Of a stretch of DNA of 64,000 nt, positions 18,740 to 42,034 are shown in pieces. A model generated the notes under the pieces. The model was not told the DNA's origin, did no database searches, and saw only the letters and a list, made by a program, of their open reading frames with translations. Within the stretch, counting starts at the first letter, position 1, and each line of letters opens with the position of its first letter. The translations under genes were made by a program, and so were the position numbers. Where the stretch lies: the NCBI RefSeq assembly GCF_009914755.1, contig NC_060936.1. One strand, written 5' to 3'. This stretch comes from the human T2T-CHM13v2.0 reference genome, Homo sapiens.

Positions 18740-19560
18740 TAAGTAGCTCACCTAGTTTTATTCTCTTTCCTTAAAATAATGTACCTGTTATTAGTAGGGT
18801 CAAAATAGGCAATATGTTTACTTTTCTTTGTGCTCAAGTAGTAGACCTTACAATTGCATCTGACCTATCGGTTGGCATAGATTTTCTTTGTTTCACATTT
18901 GTCTATCTAAAGTTGACATTTCACTAGTAAGTGCCTGTGCTTGTAGTCTCAAGCCAAAATGAAAGAATCCAAGGATGAAATCAATAACACCAGATAGCTT
19001 ACCTGCCTCTTGGGGACTCCTCTCATCCTATAGTACAATAGAGAGCAAAGATACCATCTTAGTGATGGTTATGGATCCAAGGATGACCCAAAATATGCTT
19101 GACCTGACAGCATAGAAGAGGAAAAAGAGTAGCAACGTAGTATTTGAGTCCTGATCCTGATACTTCCTGCTCTAAGACCTTTGGCAAGCCATTTAACTTA
19201 CCTGAGCCTTGGTTTTTTTCATCCATAAAATGGATTTATTTAATAAGCCATGCTCTCTCTTGCTCACAGGGTTACTGTAAGGATCCACTTACATTACATG
19301 AAAGTGCTTTGTAAACAGAGGGCTTTATAAATGTAGGGTGGTAGTGTCATTTTGCAGAGTATATTGGTCCTCTAAGAACTGGTGTTTTAACATGACCACA
19401 ATGTCTAGAAATCCATTTAATTTCTGTATTAGACTACTAGAGATTACATTGAAAGAAATATGAGATGAATCTAAAAGCAGGAGAAATGGTGTAACTGAGG
19501 TAACTGAAATCCCCCCTTGACTTAGGTTGTCACAGTGAGTGTAAAGAAAACAAACGATTA

Positions 19561-19893
<333 letters not shown>

Positions 19894-19953
19894 TCATTTG
19901 GGATAATAGCTGAGTTAAATTTGATTGAATTGCACATTGATATGAATCTAGAA

Positions 19954-20110
19954 CAGTACTTCTCACACTTTGGCATGCATAAGAATCACCTGGCATACCT
20001 CTTAAAAATGCAGATTCATAGATCCCATATCCAGAACTTTTAATTCCTAGTTTGGGTAAGGATGCAGGAATCTGCATTTTTAAAGACCATGCCAGGTGAT
20101 TCTGACCCTA
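19954..20110. mobile_element. MER5A-like hAT MITE
   Basis: internal inverted repeats AGAATCACCTGG...AAAAATGCAGATTC / GAATCTGCATTTTT...CCAGGTGATTCT. Confidence 0.8.
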
Positions 20111-20283
20111 GGCTGTCCCCAGAAGTTGGTTAGCTGCTTATTTCCTTCTTCTTTTTCTTCTAATTTGTTGGCCTGGCTCTATCAATGGTTATTTATTATC
20201 TCCAAGGTCATGGAGTAAATAGAATTATGTTATTTATTATCTCCAAGGTCATGGCTGGGTGGAATTATGTTGAAAAGTCCTGA

Positions 20284-20484
<201 letters not shown>

Positions 20485-20759
20485 TGAGCTTATATGGGGT
20501 TGGGGACCTTCTGTGTGAGAGACATTTAGTGAAGACATTATACAAGATCTAACTGTTGTGTTTCCCACAGTCAGCTGGTTTTTGATATTAAGTGAATTCT
20601 CTCAGTTCTCATCCCTGTTTCTCGAATGCTCAGTCATGTATAGCTGTAGACTCTTACAGCCTTGACGGCCTCTTGTCTGGCCTGAGAATCTGCTATCTCT
20701 ATCTACTTCCTATTGTTCATCCTCTGCAGCATATCTCCTTTTGGATATTTGGGGTTAGG

Positions 20760-20972
20760 GTTTGTTTTTTTTGTTTTGTTTTGTTTTGTTTTGTTTTGTT
20801 TTTGAGGTAGGTACTACAGGCATGTACCACCACACCTGGCTATAATATTTCTACTTTTTGGAAAGTTGGGATTTCACTCTGTTGCCCAGGCTGGTCTTGC
20901 AACTTCTGGCCTCAAGTGATCCTCCCACTGTGGCCTCCCAAAGTGCTGGAATTACAGGCGTGAGCCACCATT
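20760..20972 (-). mobile_element. Internally deleted Alu with (TTTTG)n tail
   Basis: antisense Alu lacking most of the right arm. Confidence 0.8.
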
Positions 20973-21439
20973 AGGGCTTCTGTTTAAGAAAAATTAAACA
21001 CCTCTTTGTGCAAGGCACTATATAGATGGAATTTCCATAAGGACCTTGGAGTATATCAACATTTTTGAGATTTGTAACACATTTGGATTTGTTCAAGCAG
21101 GTTGTACAGATAAAAATAAGGTCAGTAACATTCTGTTGGGCTACACTGGTGACTCTGGACAAGTCATTTAACTTTGCTGGTTGTAATGAAGTTAGTGTAA
21201 GTGATTGCTAAGTGTCTTACAGCTTAGAAATTTTATGACAGTCCATTGTTTTCTCTTTGTGTCATTTGGTGATACCAGTTACTTTGAAAATGAAAAACAC
21301 GTCCCCTCAGGCATGAAGGACCCTCTTTAAGGGAAGTTTCTAGTTCAAATATCTGAGTTAATTCTTACCTTTCTGTTGCACAGCCTAGAGTTCCCTCAGG
21401 TTGAATGTTTCTCATGAAATATTTGTGATTGATGCTGTT

Positions 21440-21750
<311 letters not shown>

Positions 21751-21904
21751 TAAAGATGAAAACTGTGTAATAGTGGGTTGCATGTACATAACCTAAAACC
21801 TAGTTTCCTTCTGCCTTTTTTTAACCTCCCCCACTATCCTTTATGTCATATTGTCATATCCTTTTAAAACTCATCCTATTGCAAAAGAATAAGGAAGGGT
21901 GTCA

Positions 21905-22535
<631 letters not shown>

Positions 22536-22924
22536 ATGGGATTTCCTTCAACTTGGACCTGATTTCAGAGACATAATTTGTCTGTTAATGCTGTTTGAGG
22601 ATCTGTAGATAAATAAACTGCAGTCTTGTATTCTTTTCTTTATACTTGTCTTAGCCCAAAATCAAACTTTTTTTATGAAAGAAGTGTATGGGGAATATTT
22701 AGAAATGAGAGGGGATTTTTTTGTCACAATGGTTGGGAGATAACTACTGCCATTTAATATGAGTTGAGGATAAGTGAAACCATTCAACCATTGGGAGTAC
22801 CAAGTGCCCACAATAGGAAGGAGTACTGCACAAGGAAACAGTCCTGTACAAAATGCAAATAGTGCCCTTACAGAGGAACTTGGCCCATTAGCTGTTTTCA
22901 GCCTGGTTCATTTGGTACAAGTGA

Positions 22925-23203
<279 letters not shown>

Positions 23204-23956
23204 TGACTAAGACCCCATCTGATTTTCACTGCAGTTGATCTTTTCTAGGCATATTTTCAAATAGAGGCCATTGGTCTGATGAAAATAACCCAAGTAACAA
23301 CTGCAGATGGTTGCTCCAATTATTCCATTTGTCTTAACAGCCAAATTGTTTGTTCATATCATCTTTTGTTGAATTGCTCAACTGTTCAGTGTGCAACCGC
23401 CATGATGACTGGGAAGAAAAAAGTGACCAGGGCAGTTTATATAGTGTTTCACATAAGCATATTCTTTTTCTTGGGAGAAATGTTAAGATTCCTGTGGTCA
23501 TAAAAAGTATTATTTCTAATTAAAAAGAAGATACAGGCAAAATATTAAAGTAAAACTTGAAAGACATTTGTGATCTCATCACCTTAACACTTAACTTTCT
23601 CATCCTTATCTAAATGTACATGTATTTATACATTTTTAGGACCCATAATATATAATGTTACTTAGCATTCATTTCCAGACTTGCTCAGAAGGGATCCTCT
23701 GGTACCAAGGCAGCAGTCAAGTTCTTGTCTGAAATGCTCAAGAGAATAACTCCCAAAGTTCTCACCACTGGGTTCTGCTCTGTTCACTTAGGGCTGTGTG
23801 CCAGAATACACAGAAACCCTCTAACAGTCTAGGTTTCCTGCCTCCTTTTTTCCTCCTTTCCCTTCAGTAGGGAAATGTTCTGTACTAACTGGTTGGCTTT
23901 GGGTGGCTCCAGTTAATTGCCCTGGTCTGGCTTCCCTGCTGTGGCTTCTTTCCTAG

Positions 23957-25335
<1,379 letters not shown>

Positions 25336-27917
25336 AAACTCTTTGCATTGGCTCAATAAGCCTAAAAACATCTGGTTTTTCTAATCCCACTTGATTTTTA
25401 TTTTCCCCTTTGGCCCTATATTTTCCAGGCCCATCCCTGCATCCTCATTTCTACCTCACTATGCTCCATATTGTTCTCCTCTGGGAGGAAGTGTTACCAG
25501 CACATTTGGAACATTCTCCATTCTAATCCTGCCCTCCCTTCTCTGATGTAAAAGCCAACCCTAGACTATGTGATCACCTTTGGCAGACTTGCTTGGCAGT
25601 AAAGTATATGTCACACCAGCAATCTTCATGTTCTAAAACATCAGGGAGAGCTTTTCTCCTCTAAGCATCAGAATTTAGCTCAAACATCTCTGTTTAAGAA
25701 TTGCATTTAATTATAGGGGATAATAATAATAGGAGTCATGAAACAGGACATCTTATTTGAGCATGGCAAGTTCTACTGATTAATTATTCTGGATATGTAG
25801 TATCACACTGATAAGTTAGCCTATGGTAGATTGAAAGCCTCCAGTTTTTCCCAACTTTGATAAATAAGGAAACTAAGCAAAAAAGAGAAGAGAAGACTTA
25901 GGGTAATTGTTGAGCATTCTGTTACTATAGATGTCATCACATAAATAGGTATTTTTGAATTTCAGAGAACACCACCAAAATCTAATTCTTAGGCCATTTA
26001 ATTTCCCATTTTAAAGAAATGCTGGAAAGTTGGTAGGTATAGAATAGATTATAGTTACTGTTTATGGCAGTATATCCAGTGTCTTTTCTTTTTTCCCAGA
26101 GATGATTCATTTTCCCACTTGCATCTCTCACTTTCCGGTTCAGTCTTTTGCCAGTCTTATTCATTTCAGGGGATGAGCAAAATCCCTCATGTCCATCCCT
26201 TTCTTTCCATTCCTTAACCTTATCTTAGTTTTGGCTTTACAATTGTATTATTTTGTTCTACTGCGTTTGTCCACTGCAGTTTTGTTTTCTGTAGTCTTTC
26301 TCCTTCTCCTTTGTATTTTATATACTGTCAACAGATTACGTCCTAAAATGTAGTTCTCATCATTCATGTAGTAGGCATTTATGGAGTACCTACTACATAT
26401 CAAGGATTGTACTAGGTCCTAGGGCTTAAAAGGTGATTAAAACATCATCCCTACCCTAGAGAGCTTACAGTACAGTGAGACAGCTGAATACACTAAAAAA
26501 TTATGTAGTAGCATGTGTTATTCCATAATTGAGATATGCTGGGGGTGTTAGAAAAGCACAGATCTATCCCAACATGGAGATTCAGTAAAGATTTTCTGGG
26601 AAAGGTAAATTTCTGAACTGAAGCTTAAAGGATAGACAGGAATTAGGTAGTGTATGTGTGTGTTGGTGAGGGAACAATAAGAAAAAAGGGATGGTCTAGG
26701 TTTAGAAGGGAAGCATATTCCAGTTTAGACATCCAAAGTTTGAATTATTTGTTGGATAACCAAGTACAGATTTTTTTAGACAAGGATAGGCAAATGATAG
26801 CTCAGGGAAGAGGTCCTGAGCTGAGAGGTGGTGATTGAAACCATGAGACTTGTGGAGATTACTCAAAGAGAATGTGTCAGTTGGAAGAATAGTGAGCCAA
26901 AGGCATGACCATTGCTGTTCACTGGCATAGAGATGGAGTTCAGGAAAGAAAACGGATAAACAGTGTTAGAGAAGCTGAGAGGGCCAAGAGTTCAGTGAAG
27001 TCAGGAGAGTAGCGATGTTGGAGAAGGCAGGGCCATGATCAATGGATTGAAATTTAACAGAGATGCTTAGTGAGCTCAGAATTGAAAGTGTCCATCGGAT
27101 TTGGCAATATAAAGTCATTGAGGACTTTAAAGACATGTTTTAGTCCAGAGTAAGGAAGGATGCCATGTTGATTGGGGAGTGGAGACAATGAGTATAGACT
27201 TCTCATCCCAGCTTCTTTAAAGAGTGTGGGTGGAAATAAGCATGTTTATACTTTGTGGAAGAAAAAAAAACAGAAAAGGGAGACGTGTTAGAAAATGAAA
27301 TAGAATAGATAGAAGTAGAGCACAATCTTGGAAGATACCGAAATAGATGTGGTTTTTAACAGAAAAGGGACCCTTGTTCCCTGAAACCTTAAGAAAACAG
27401 GGAAGGATGAGGTGGATAAATTTGTAGAAAAGGAGTAGGAAGTTGAGGAAGATAACCGCTGACAGTTTAGTGTTTTGATAATGTTGGGAATTAAAAATCA
27501 AGGAGTTTGAGATCAGCCTGGGCAACATAGTGAGACCTCTGTCTCTACAAAAAATGAATTAATTTTTTGATAATGTAGGGAATTAAACATCTTATTGAAG
27601 GGAATGAGAGGTTGTGTTTGGAGGTTTAAAGAAAATATTGACAGTTTAGAATAGTTTTTAAGAAGAATGGGAGAGGGAATTCCCCTAATCAGATTCATTC
27701 TATTTACTAATTAAGTCCCAACTCCTTACCCTGGAATTCATAGCATTCCCCATCCCCTTAGTACGGTTACAACCTATGTGTTCATTCTCCAGTCTCTGTG
27801 CCCCATCAAGCACCCTATACCTGAACCAGAATGAGCTACTAGATATTTCTCATATATGATGTTTGTTTTCTACCCTCTGTGGTTTGCTCAAGAAACACCC
27901 TCTCTAAAATGTCCTGT

Positions 27918-28240
<323 letters not shown>

Positions 28241-29248
28241 ATGCCCTATTTTTCTGTCTTTGAATTTCTGCATCATAGTTATTCTCAATATCTTCCTTTC
28301 AAGAAACCTTCCCTGACTCTCCTGTTTTCTAGTTGGAAATCTTCATTTTATCTTTCTGTTATGTTTTATATGTACCTCTTTATTTGTTGCTTTTTACTCT
28401 ACATATAGAAAGTACTCTACATATACTCTGTGTGCATATTTATTTATGCTCATATCCTCTTCTCTCTAAATAAAGTGTTAAAGTCAAGGTCTGCTTCTTA
28501 GCACATGGCTAGATATTGTTAGACAAATGAATGCAAGACTTAGAAATTTGATTTAACCCTTTCTGAGAGACTTCTTTATAGCCTGAAGCCATCTCTATCT
28601 CACCTTCACCTCTCCTTTCTTCTAGTTCAGCCTCTTTTGGGGAAAGTATGATAGTAGCTTTGTTGTAATTTTACCCTTGTCTTGAGAGACTCACTGAGCT
28701 ATGAATACCTTAGCGCTGTTAACGCTTTGCTATTGAATGGTCTCTGATTATTCTATAGGCTTTAGTACAAAGGTACACTGATTGCTCCTTAACTCAAAAA
28801 ATAAAACCAGGTTTTTGAGATGCCCTGCTGTGCATGAAAATATTCACTTAGTCTAATCTCTCCATTCAAAAAAAATAGTAAATTCCTAGAGGCCAAGGCT
28901 GACTGCCAAGAGTAGCTTAAGATGCTACAAGGGATAGTAGTATTCTTTGTCCCAGGACTTTCCTGCAGTTTCTCTGGAAGAGTGACTGAGGAAATCGAGG
29001 CCTAGAAAGAATCACTTATAACTATAACTAGTTATAGAAGGTTATATAACTAGTAAGTGTTCAAGCCAAGATTTGAACCCAGGTTCATCCAACTCCAGAG
29101 CCTGTGCTCCTAACCACCCCTTCTTTATTCCTGCACACGTACATGATCATCTCTTCTGTTAGTTTAACAATGAATGTGGCTTCAGTTTTCTCACAACATA
29201 GTTCAGTTATGTGTCAGTTTCTTTTATTTCCATAGCTTCTGAGTTCTT

Positions 29249-31197
<1,949 letters not shown>

Positions 31198-31275
31198 CTA
31201 TATTTTTAAGGCTCAGGGCAGTTTATAAATATTAAGTTGAGCCTATTTTTTCAAAGTATTTTAATTGCTCTATTG

Positions 31276-32163
31276 CAGCAGTTTTCAAACTTTCTGGTCT
31301 TAGGACCCCTTTATCTTCTTAAAAAATTTTGAGGACCTAAAAACCTTTCTAAAATGTGCTTTTAATTTCTCATATTAGAAATTATAATTAAGAAAATTAA
31401 AAAATATTTACTAATTTTAAAAATATAGTAATGATAAACCCATTACATGATTAACACAAATTATATATTTTTAAGAAAAATGAACTGTTTTCCAAAACCA
31501 AAAAAAAGGGTTTTTTTTTTTGTATTACATTTCTGCAAATCTCTTTAATCTGTAATGTAATAGAAAACAGTTGAAATATCATACTGGCTTATGCATGCAT
31601 TCAGTTTGTTGCAGTATGATTTTCTTTGGTTAAGGTATTTGAAGAAAATCAAGTTTCATACAGATATGTAGTGGAAAAGGGAGGAATATTTTAATAACCT
31701 TTTCAGATAACTGTGAATGTTCCTCCTTGATGCTGTTCCAAAACTTAACAGTGACAATTATTTAAACAGTTAGTTGTGATGTGGAAACTATAACAGTAAC
31801 TTTGTACTCTGTTATAGTAAAATCCCTTGCTCCATTTTGTGCCATAGATCTTTAACCTGTGAATGATTTCTAGCATCATGCATTGATCATTTGAGAAATT
31901 TTCATTTCCTGAGTTTATGCAAATCTTCCAAATACACACAAGATTTTAAAACTATATTTATTATTACCACCAATCTCATCATAAAACTATTTAAATATTA
32001 TGAAGCTGTCAGGCTCACAGTGTCACTGTGTGCTTATGAGAAGATGAGTGATAAAAGCACATATCATCTCAGTATTATTAGGAAAGAATTTTGACCTCAT
32101 GAGCCTTCCTTAAAAGGTCTCAGGGACCTCCGGGGGTCTCCAGACCACACTTTAAGAACCAGT
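31276..32163 (-). mobile_element. Charlie1-like hAT DNA transposon remnant
   Basis: terminal inverted repeats CAGCAGTTTTCAAACT / ACTTTAAGAACCAGTG; Charlie1-like end sequence. Confidence 0.7.
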
Positions 32164-33026
32164 GTTATACTAGAAAGAAAAAGTGAAATATGGCATGGAA
32201 ATAGAACATGTAAAATCACTCCTTCATCACATTCCAAACATCCCAGTCATGTAAGCCTCATCTTGACAGACAATTTACGTGTATCCCCTGAGATCCCTAG
32301 AGATAATTTTTCTGTGGAATGCAAAAGTTACACTCTCAAATCCAGAACATCCCAGAGCCATTCTCCCGAGCAAACATCTAAACCTAAGTTGGAATTCATA
32401 GTTTAACTGTGACTGCCTGAAAAGGACTAAAAGCTCCTGGTTGGTTGACAGGAGGATTTTGAAAAGAGGGAGTAAGGCCTACTCATCTCATAAACTACAC
32501 AGGATCCCAGGATTTAATAGAGCCATGGATCCTGAGTCATCACTGAAAACCTCTAGTCTAGGAAAATTGAGATTGAGGAAGGTTTGGGGTTTCAGCCCTC
32601 AGGATGTAGCTCCTTAGGGAATGCCCTAAATCAGGATTGGATCCTGGGTACAAGGAGAAATGGAGCAAGTCACCTTTACCCCTTTCACATTTGTCCATTG
32701 CAGACTACTCTTTTGCAAAGAGTGAAACAAGGAATTAGAAAATAATAGAACAGTTTTTCCTCATATTATGTATTATCTTAGGATCCTGATTTTTAAGTGT
32801 TCATAGGTTCACTGAATTGGTCATAACCTTCATCACTGTCTTATCATCCTTATCACTATCCTTAAGGTTAAGAATAGTCTGATGTATTAGATCTCATGTA
32901 GTATATGATATTTCCTCCTGGCCTCCAAGTTTCAAGAGGGCAGGGACCATGTCATATGTCTCGTTCACCACTGTATCCACACCACTTAGCACACAATAGG
33001 TATTTGGTTAAATAAAATTAAATTTT

Positions 33027-33220
33027 GGCCAGGCACAGTGGCTCACGCCTGTAATCCTGGCACTTTGGGAGGCTGAGGTGGGCAGATCACTTGAGGCTGA
33101 GGCAGGAGAATAGCTTGAACCTGGGAGGCGGAAGTTTCAGCAAGCCAAGATTGCACCACTGCACTTCAGCCTGGGTGACAGAGCGAGTCTCTGTCTCAAA
33201 AAAAAAAAAAAAAAAAAAAA
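33027..33220 (+). mobile_element. Alu with internal deletion joining left and right arms
   Basis: GATCACTTGAGG|CTGAGGCAGGAGAA junction; TSD ATAAAATTAAATTTT at 33012-33026 and 33225-33239. Confidence 0.88.
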
Positions 33221-33589
33221 TTATATAAAATTAAATTTTATTGTAAAATGCATAAAACCTCTTTCCTAATGTGAAGGCCTAATGTACCAGGTAGTATCAG
33301 CACCCAGCATTGACCTAAGGCAAAATTATGAATTCAGTGTAGTTTAGCTTGCTGTGAGAAGTGAAGCAGTGACCCCGTGCAGGTGTGGAACAACCCTAAA
33401 ATGGGTGGCTAAGCTGCAGTACCTAATCTAAGTGCATGTTAATTAAGTTAAACATTGTAGTTACTATGTGCAAAGCACTCTGGGAGATATAAGGATGAAT
33501 CAGTCAATGTGCCCTTAAGGAGTTTGTAGTTGGTTAAAAATGAGAGGTAGAACATGTATATAAAGAACTGTTGTAAAAAGTAGAGCGTA

Positions 33590-33910
33590 GGCTGGATACA
33601 GTGACTCACGCCTATAATCTCAGCACTTTGGGAGGCCAAGGCGGGAGGATTGCTTTAGCCCAGGAATTTGAGACCAGCCTGGGCAACATGGCGAAACCCT
33701 GTATCTACAAAAAAATATAAAAATTAGCCAGGCGTGGTATGGCACATACTGTGTGGTGTGGCACACACCTGTAGTTCCAGCTACTTGGGAGGCTGAGGTG
33801 AGAGGATCACTTGAGCCCAGGAGGTTGAGGCTGCAGTGAGTGATTGCACTATTGCACTCCAGCCCAGGCAACAGAGTGAGACCCTGTCTTGAAGAAAACA
33901 ATAAAAAATA
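33590..33910 (+). mobile_element. AluJ-like
   Basis: full dimer with a short internal duplication near 33735-33770; flanked by AAAGTAGAGC. Confidence 0.85.
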
Positions 33911-34179
33911 AAGTAGAGCATAAATATTCTGAAAGGGGGTTTGGTGCTATGGAAAGATTAAGGAAGTTAGTAGAGGAAGAAGCAGAAGGGCTGGATCATG
34001 GAGAACTGAGAGGATTTCCCCAGCTGAAAATGGAGCGTGCACTGGAAACAGAGGAAATAAAGACCTGCGGTAGGGTGGCTGCATGGTAGGGTGTATGAGA
34101 AAACAGTGAAAGATGAAGTAGAATAAGTAAATTAGAGTCAAAGCTGGGAGGGTCTTGAATGCCATTTTTATGACGGTGT

Positions 34180-34800
34180 GATAGTGTTAAAGGTGATTGT
34201 GGCATTTAGCAAAGGGGCCATGAGTACCTGAGTCCTGTGTTTTCCTGGCCATATTTCTCCGCAGTGACGCCCTCAAGAGAGATATATGTGCCCAAGGCAC
34301 CGGTTATTAACACCTGGGCTTGTACGCTGAACCTCAGTGTTCTATGTTACGCTTGCCTTCAAACTTGTTTTTCATGTACAGATCAACCAGTCCAAAGCCC
34401 ACATTCCCAACTACCTCCTTTATCTAACTCACTCACTAAGCCAATATTTCCCTTCCCTAAATCACCCCATAGCCAGATACCAGACAAGTAGTTACCACCT
34501 CTGTAGGCCAGAGCCTTCCAAAATTATTCAAACTCCCCAATCCTAAACTTGCTCAGACTTACCTATCCTGCCTCATCCCTTCCTTCCTGAGGAAACCACA
34601 GGCTCAGGCTAAACTTTCCCCCTCACTCCTTCTGCTTCCTGACCAACACTTATATTTCCCCGTATGGCCCTCCATGGCATGGCAAGCCCACTCCTCTTGG
34701 GAACGGAAGTAACGAACTCTTCTTTCAAAGGCAGTTGCCTCTGTGTCTGTCACCTTACCGTGATCTGATTAAAACAAAATCCCAAGTACATCTTAAGACA
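34180..34800. mobile_element. Old ERVL-type LTR remnant
   Basis: LTR-like composition with pyrimidine-rich U3/R motifs; family not certain. Confidence 0.4.
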
Positions 34801-35738
34801 CCATCTTCTGGCCAGCCACATTGTTTAGAGCAGTGTTTCTCAAGTTACCTGTGGTAAAGGACTCATTTCTATTTTTCCCAATTCTTCATGAACTGATACT
34901 ATTGTAAAATATAGTAACAATCAATTTCTAGAAAAATCATCACATTCTTAGATGTTATGACTGTGTCTAATTGTTACAAAAGTTTCTAAATGCCCCTCTC
35001 AGTTTCCTTACTTGTCTCATTGCAGACCAATAACAAGTCATGTACTAGCTGCCTGTGAATCACACCGAGCAGAGCTGGTTCAGGGGAATTAATCAGTGAT
35101 TCAAAGGGGGTGCCCAAACATACATGTAAGAAGAATAGTAAGCTTACCAATCCAGCAACATGGAAGAAGGACGTGCAAGGGCTTCCTCTGTTATGTGCTC
35201 CTTTACCACACAGCGTATGTGTCCTTTTAACACACAGTGACAACATCTACTCATAAATGAGGCTCAGTCAACATTCTGGAATCTAACCAATGTAGCTCCT
35301 TCTCTCTGGTACAAGGATGAGGCAGAAGAACAAAATAAGTCAGGGTCATCCTGTTTTCTAGAGACCTATATATAGCATATGGCATGTATCTAACAATGAC
35401 ATTTATATATAATTATCTATGATTAGTGCTTTTCTTGATGTGGTCCCCAGTGATCAAATTCATTTATTGTCTTAGAAGTTCGTGGGTTGCTTAAAGCCAA
35501 AGCAGGAAAAGCCTACATAACACGTGAAAGATACAGGTGAGAGCATGGAATAATATGCAACTAGAATTATCCAAAGAAAATATACCAATCTGGGGACAGG
35601 GGCTTTGTACATTACAAGAAGAGACAGGATCTAAAGTATAGAACCAGAAACGGAATTGTAGCCAACAAAAAGATAAGGGCAGAAATGTTAAAGAGGAGCC
35701 CCATAGCCCTTCCAGTGTTAACATCAAAAGTATTAACA

Positions 35739-35962
35739 GGCTGAGCGCAGTGCCTCACTCCTGTAATCCCAGGACTTTGGGAGACCAAGGCAGGAGGATC
35801 ACTTGAACCCAGGAGTTCAAGATCAGCCTGGGCAACATACAGACCCCATCTCTATTAAAAAAAATTTTTTTTTAATTAGCCAGGCATGGTGGCACATGCC
35901 TGTAGTCCTAGCTACTTGGAAGGCTGAGGCAGGAGGATGCCTTGAGCCCAGGGGTTTGAGGC
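35739..35962 (+). mobile_element. 3'-truncated AluJ-like
   Basis: Alu stops in the right arm with no tail. Confidence 0.8.
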
Positions 35963-35999
35963 ATATTTCTGTTTTACATATTTCTGTTATGAGTGAAAC

Positions 36000-37258
<1,259 letters not shown>

Positions 37259-37333
37259 CTAGGGAATATGGAAAGGAAGCATGAAATTGAAGGAGAAGAA
37301 TAAATAAGAAAAAATTTATGCTAAAGAATTCTT

Positions 37334-37712
<379 letters not shown>

Positions 37713-37797
37713 TTATATAACTTACAGCTGTTTGAGAATTATATACTTTACAACTATGTAAACTTTTGATGAAAAAAATATGTTTAAAATGGGGTGG

Positions 37798-38183
37798 ATG
37801 GAATACTATGCAGCCATAAAAAGGATGAGTTCACGTCCTTTGTAGGGACATGGATGAGGCTGGAAACCATCATTCTGAGCAAACTATCACAAGGACAGAA
37901 AACCAAATACTGCATATTCTCACTGATAGGTGGAAATTGAACAATGAGAACACTTGGACACAGGTTGGGGAACAACACATACTGGGGCCTGACATAGGGT
38001 TGGGGGAGGGGGGAGGGAGAGCATTAGGAGAAATAACTAATGTAAATGATGAGTTAATGGGTGCAGCACACCAACATGGCACATGTATACATATGTAACA
38101 AACCTGCACATTATGCACATGTACCCTAGAACTTAAAGTATAATAATAATAAAAGAAAAGGAAAAGTAAATAAATACATAAAT
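37798..38183 (+). mobile_element. 5'-truncated L1PA 3' end
   Basis: ATGGAATACTATGCAGCCATAAAAAGG...GTACCCTAGAACTTAAAGTATAATAA plus A-rich tail; TSD AAAATGGGGTGG at 37786-37797 and 38184-38195. Confidence 0.92.
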
Positions 38184-38226
38184 AAAATGGGGTGGGAGGG
38201 GGCATATATAATTTTCAACTGAACTA

Positions 38227-38621
<395 letters not shown>

Positions 38622-38655
<34 letters not shown>
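38622..38655. repeat. (TA)n microsatellite
   Basis: about 16 TA units after the Alu tail. Confidence 0.85.
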
Positions 38656-38658
<3 letters not shown>

Positions 38659-38907
38659 TATTTATTGTTATATATATGATAATAAATAAATTCTTTTTGC
38701 CCAGTGTGGCGTAGTCTAACTGAAGTTAAAGACACCTCCTCTGAGCCCATGGTAAAAAGAAATACACAGCCATGTGCTTTACCCTGGATAAGTTGTGTAT
38801 AATGTGAGATAAAAGCATCTTAGGGATGCGTGCAAGAACAGTGGGTAGACGTTTTGAATCCGTAACTGGTCAAGCACAGGTGAGTAACAATGGGTGATGA
38901 ACTGTAG

Positions 38908-39708
<801 letters not shown>

Positions 39709-40722
39709 TGACATTCCTTCTCCCCTATCAACTCCTTCCTTTATTTTACCGTTTTCTTTCTCTCCATCTTTATCTTTGCTAGTCTGTGTGCTTGTGTTTC
39801 CCTCCTCCCACCTGCTTTGACTGAATGCCTCTGGCCCCGGAGCCTGCCCGGATGGAATGAGAATGCCATGGAGCCACCACCAATGACCAAGTCTGAACCG
39901 GTTTGGAACTACCATTGCTTCTCTTCCCCCACGTCTTCTACCCTCCTAGGGAAACAGCTTGGAATTTAGAGATCTTATCCTTTAAATTTCAAAAAAGTAA
40001 TTGAGTTTTGAATAATGTTCTAAGTCTCCTCTGCAAGAATGAGATGTGCTTTTTCTAAAGAGGAATGCTCATGTGATGTCAGGGTGGGAGGTGTGTGCCA
40101 GCAGAGCCAGGCAAGGAGAAGTTAAAGAGGCCAATAGGAAACTGGACCCAGACTTTTAAAAGGGATTGAAATTGAAATAAATCAAAGGAGGAAAAAGTGG
40201 GAGGTTGGGGCAAGAACACATTGTATATGGGGGAGGAAGGAAAGGGGAAGCAAAAGATGAATTTTAAATGTAATCAAATGTCAGGCTCTGGAGGAGTTGC
40301 ATATAATAGCTTCACAAAATCAGTTATCTAGAGGTTTGGATAATGGTGCCCCTCTTTGGGAAGAGCCATCTCCTAACATTTCTTTAAATTCTAAGCTGTT
40401 TGTATCTTTTTTATTTTAAAATTCTTATAACCTTAGTGATCCTAATCCTTCATACCTCTAATTTCTAACTTTCCTCAGTCCCTCTTCAGCTGGTATAAAC
40501 TCCTTGAGATAGCATGTTAGTCTATTTCTTTCTAACACTTCAGTTTCTTCTAACACAGCATGAAGATAGCCAATCCTTTAATTAGCATGATGCATGTATG
40601 GAGGAAAACTGGACAATCATGGATAAAGTTTATTGAATGTATAGATAAAATATCAAAAGGCAATTTGTATGTGTTTGGGATTGTCTAGTCTCGCCCTTCC
40701 CTTTTATTTAAAAGCAAAATAC

Positions 40723-42034
<1,312 letters not shown>

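Noticed and set aside
29015-29050. Palindrome TATAACTAGTTATA
   Set aside because: Short AT-rich micro-duplication inside a MIR-like relic; no support for function.
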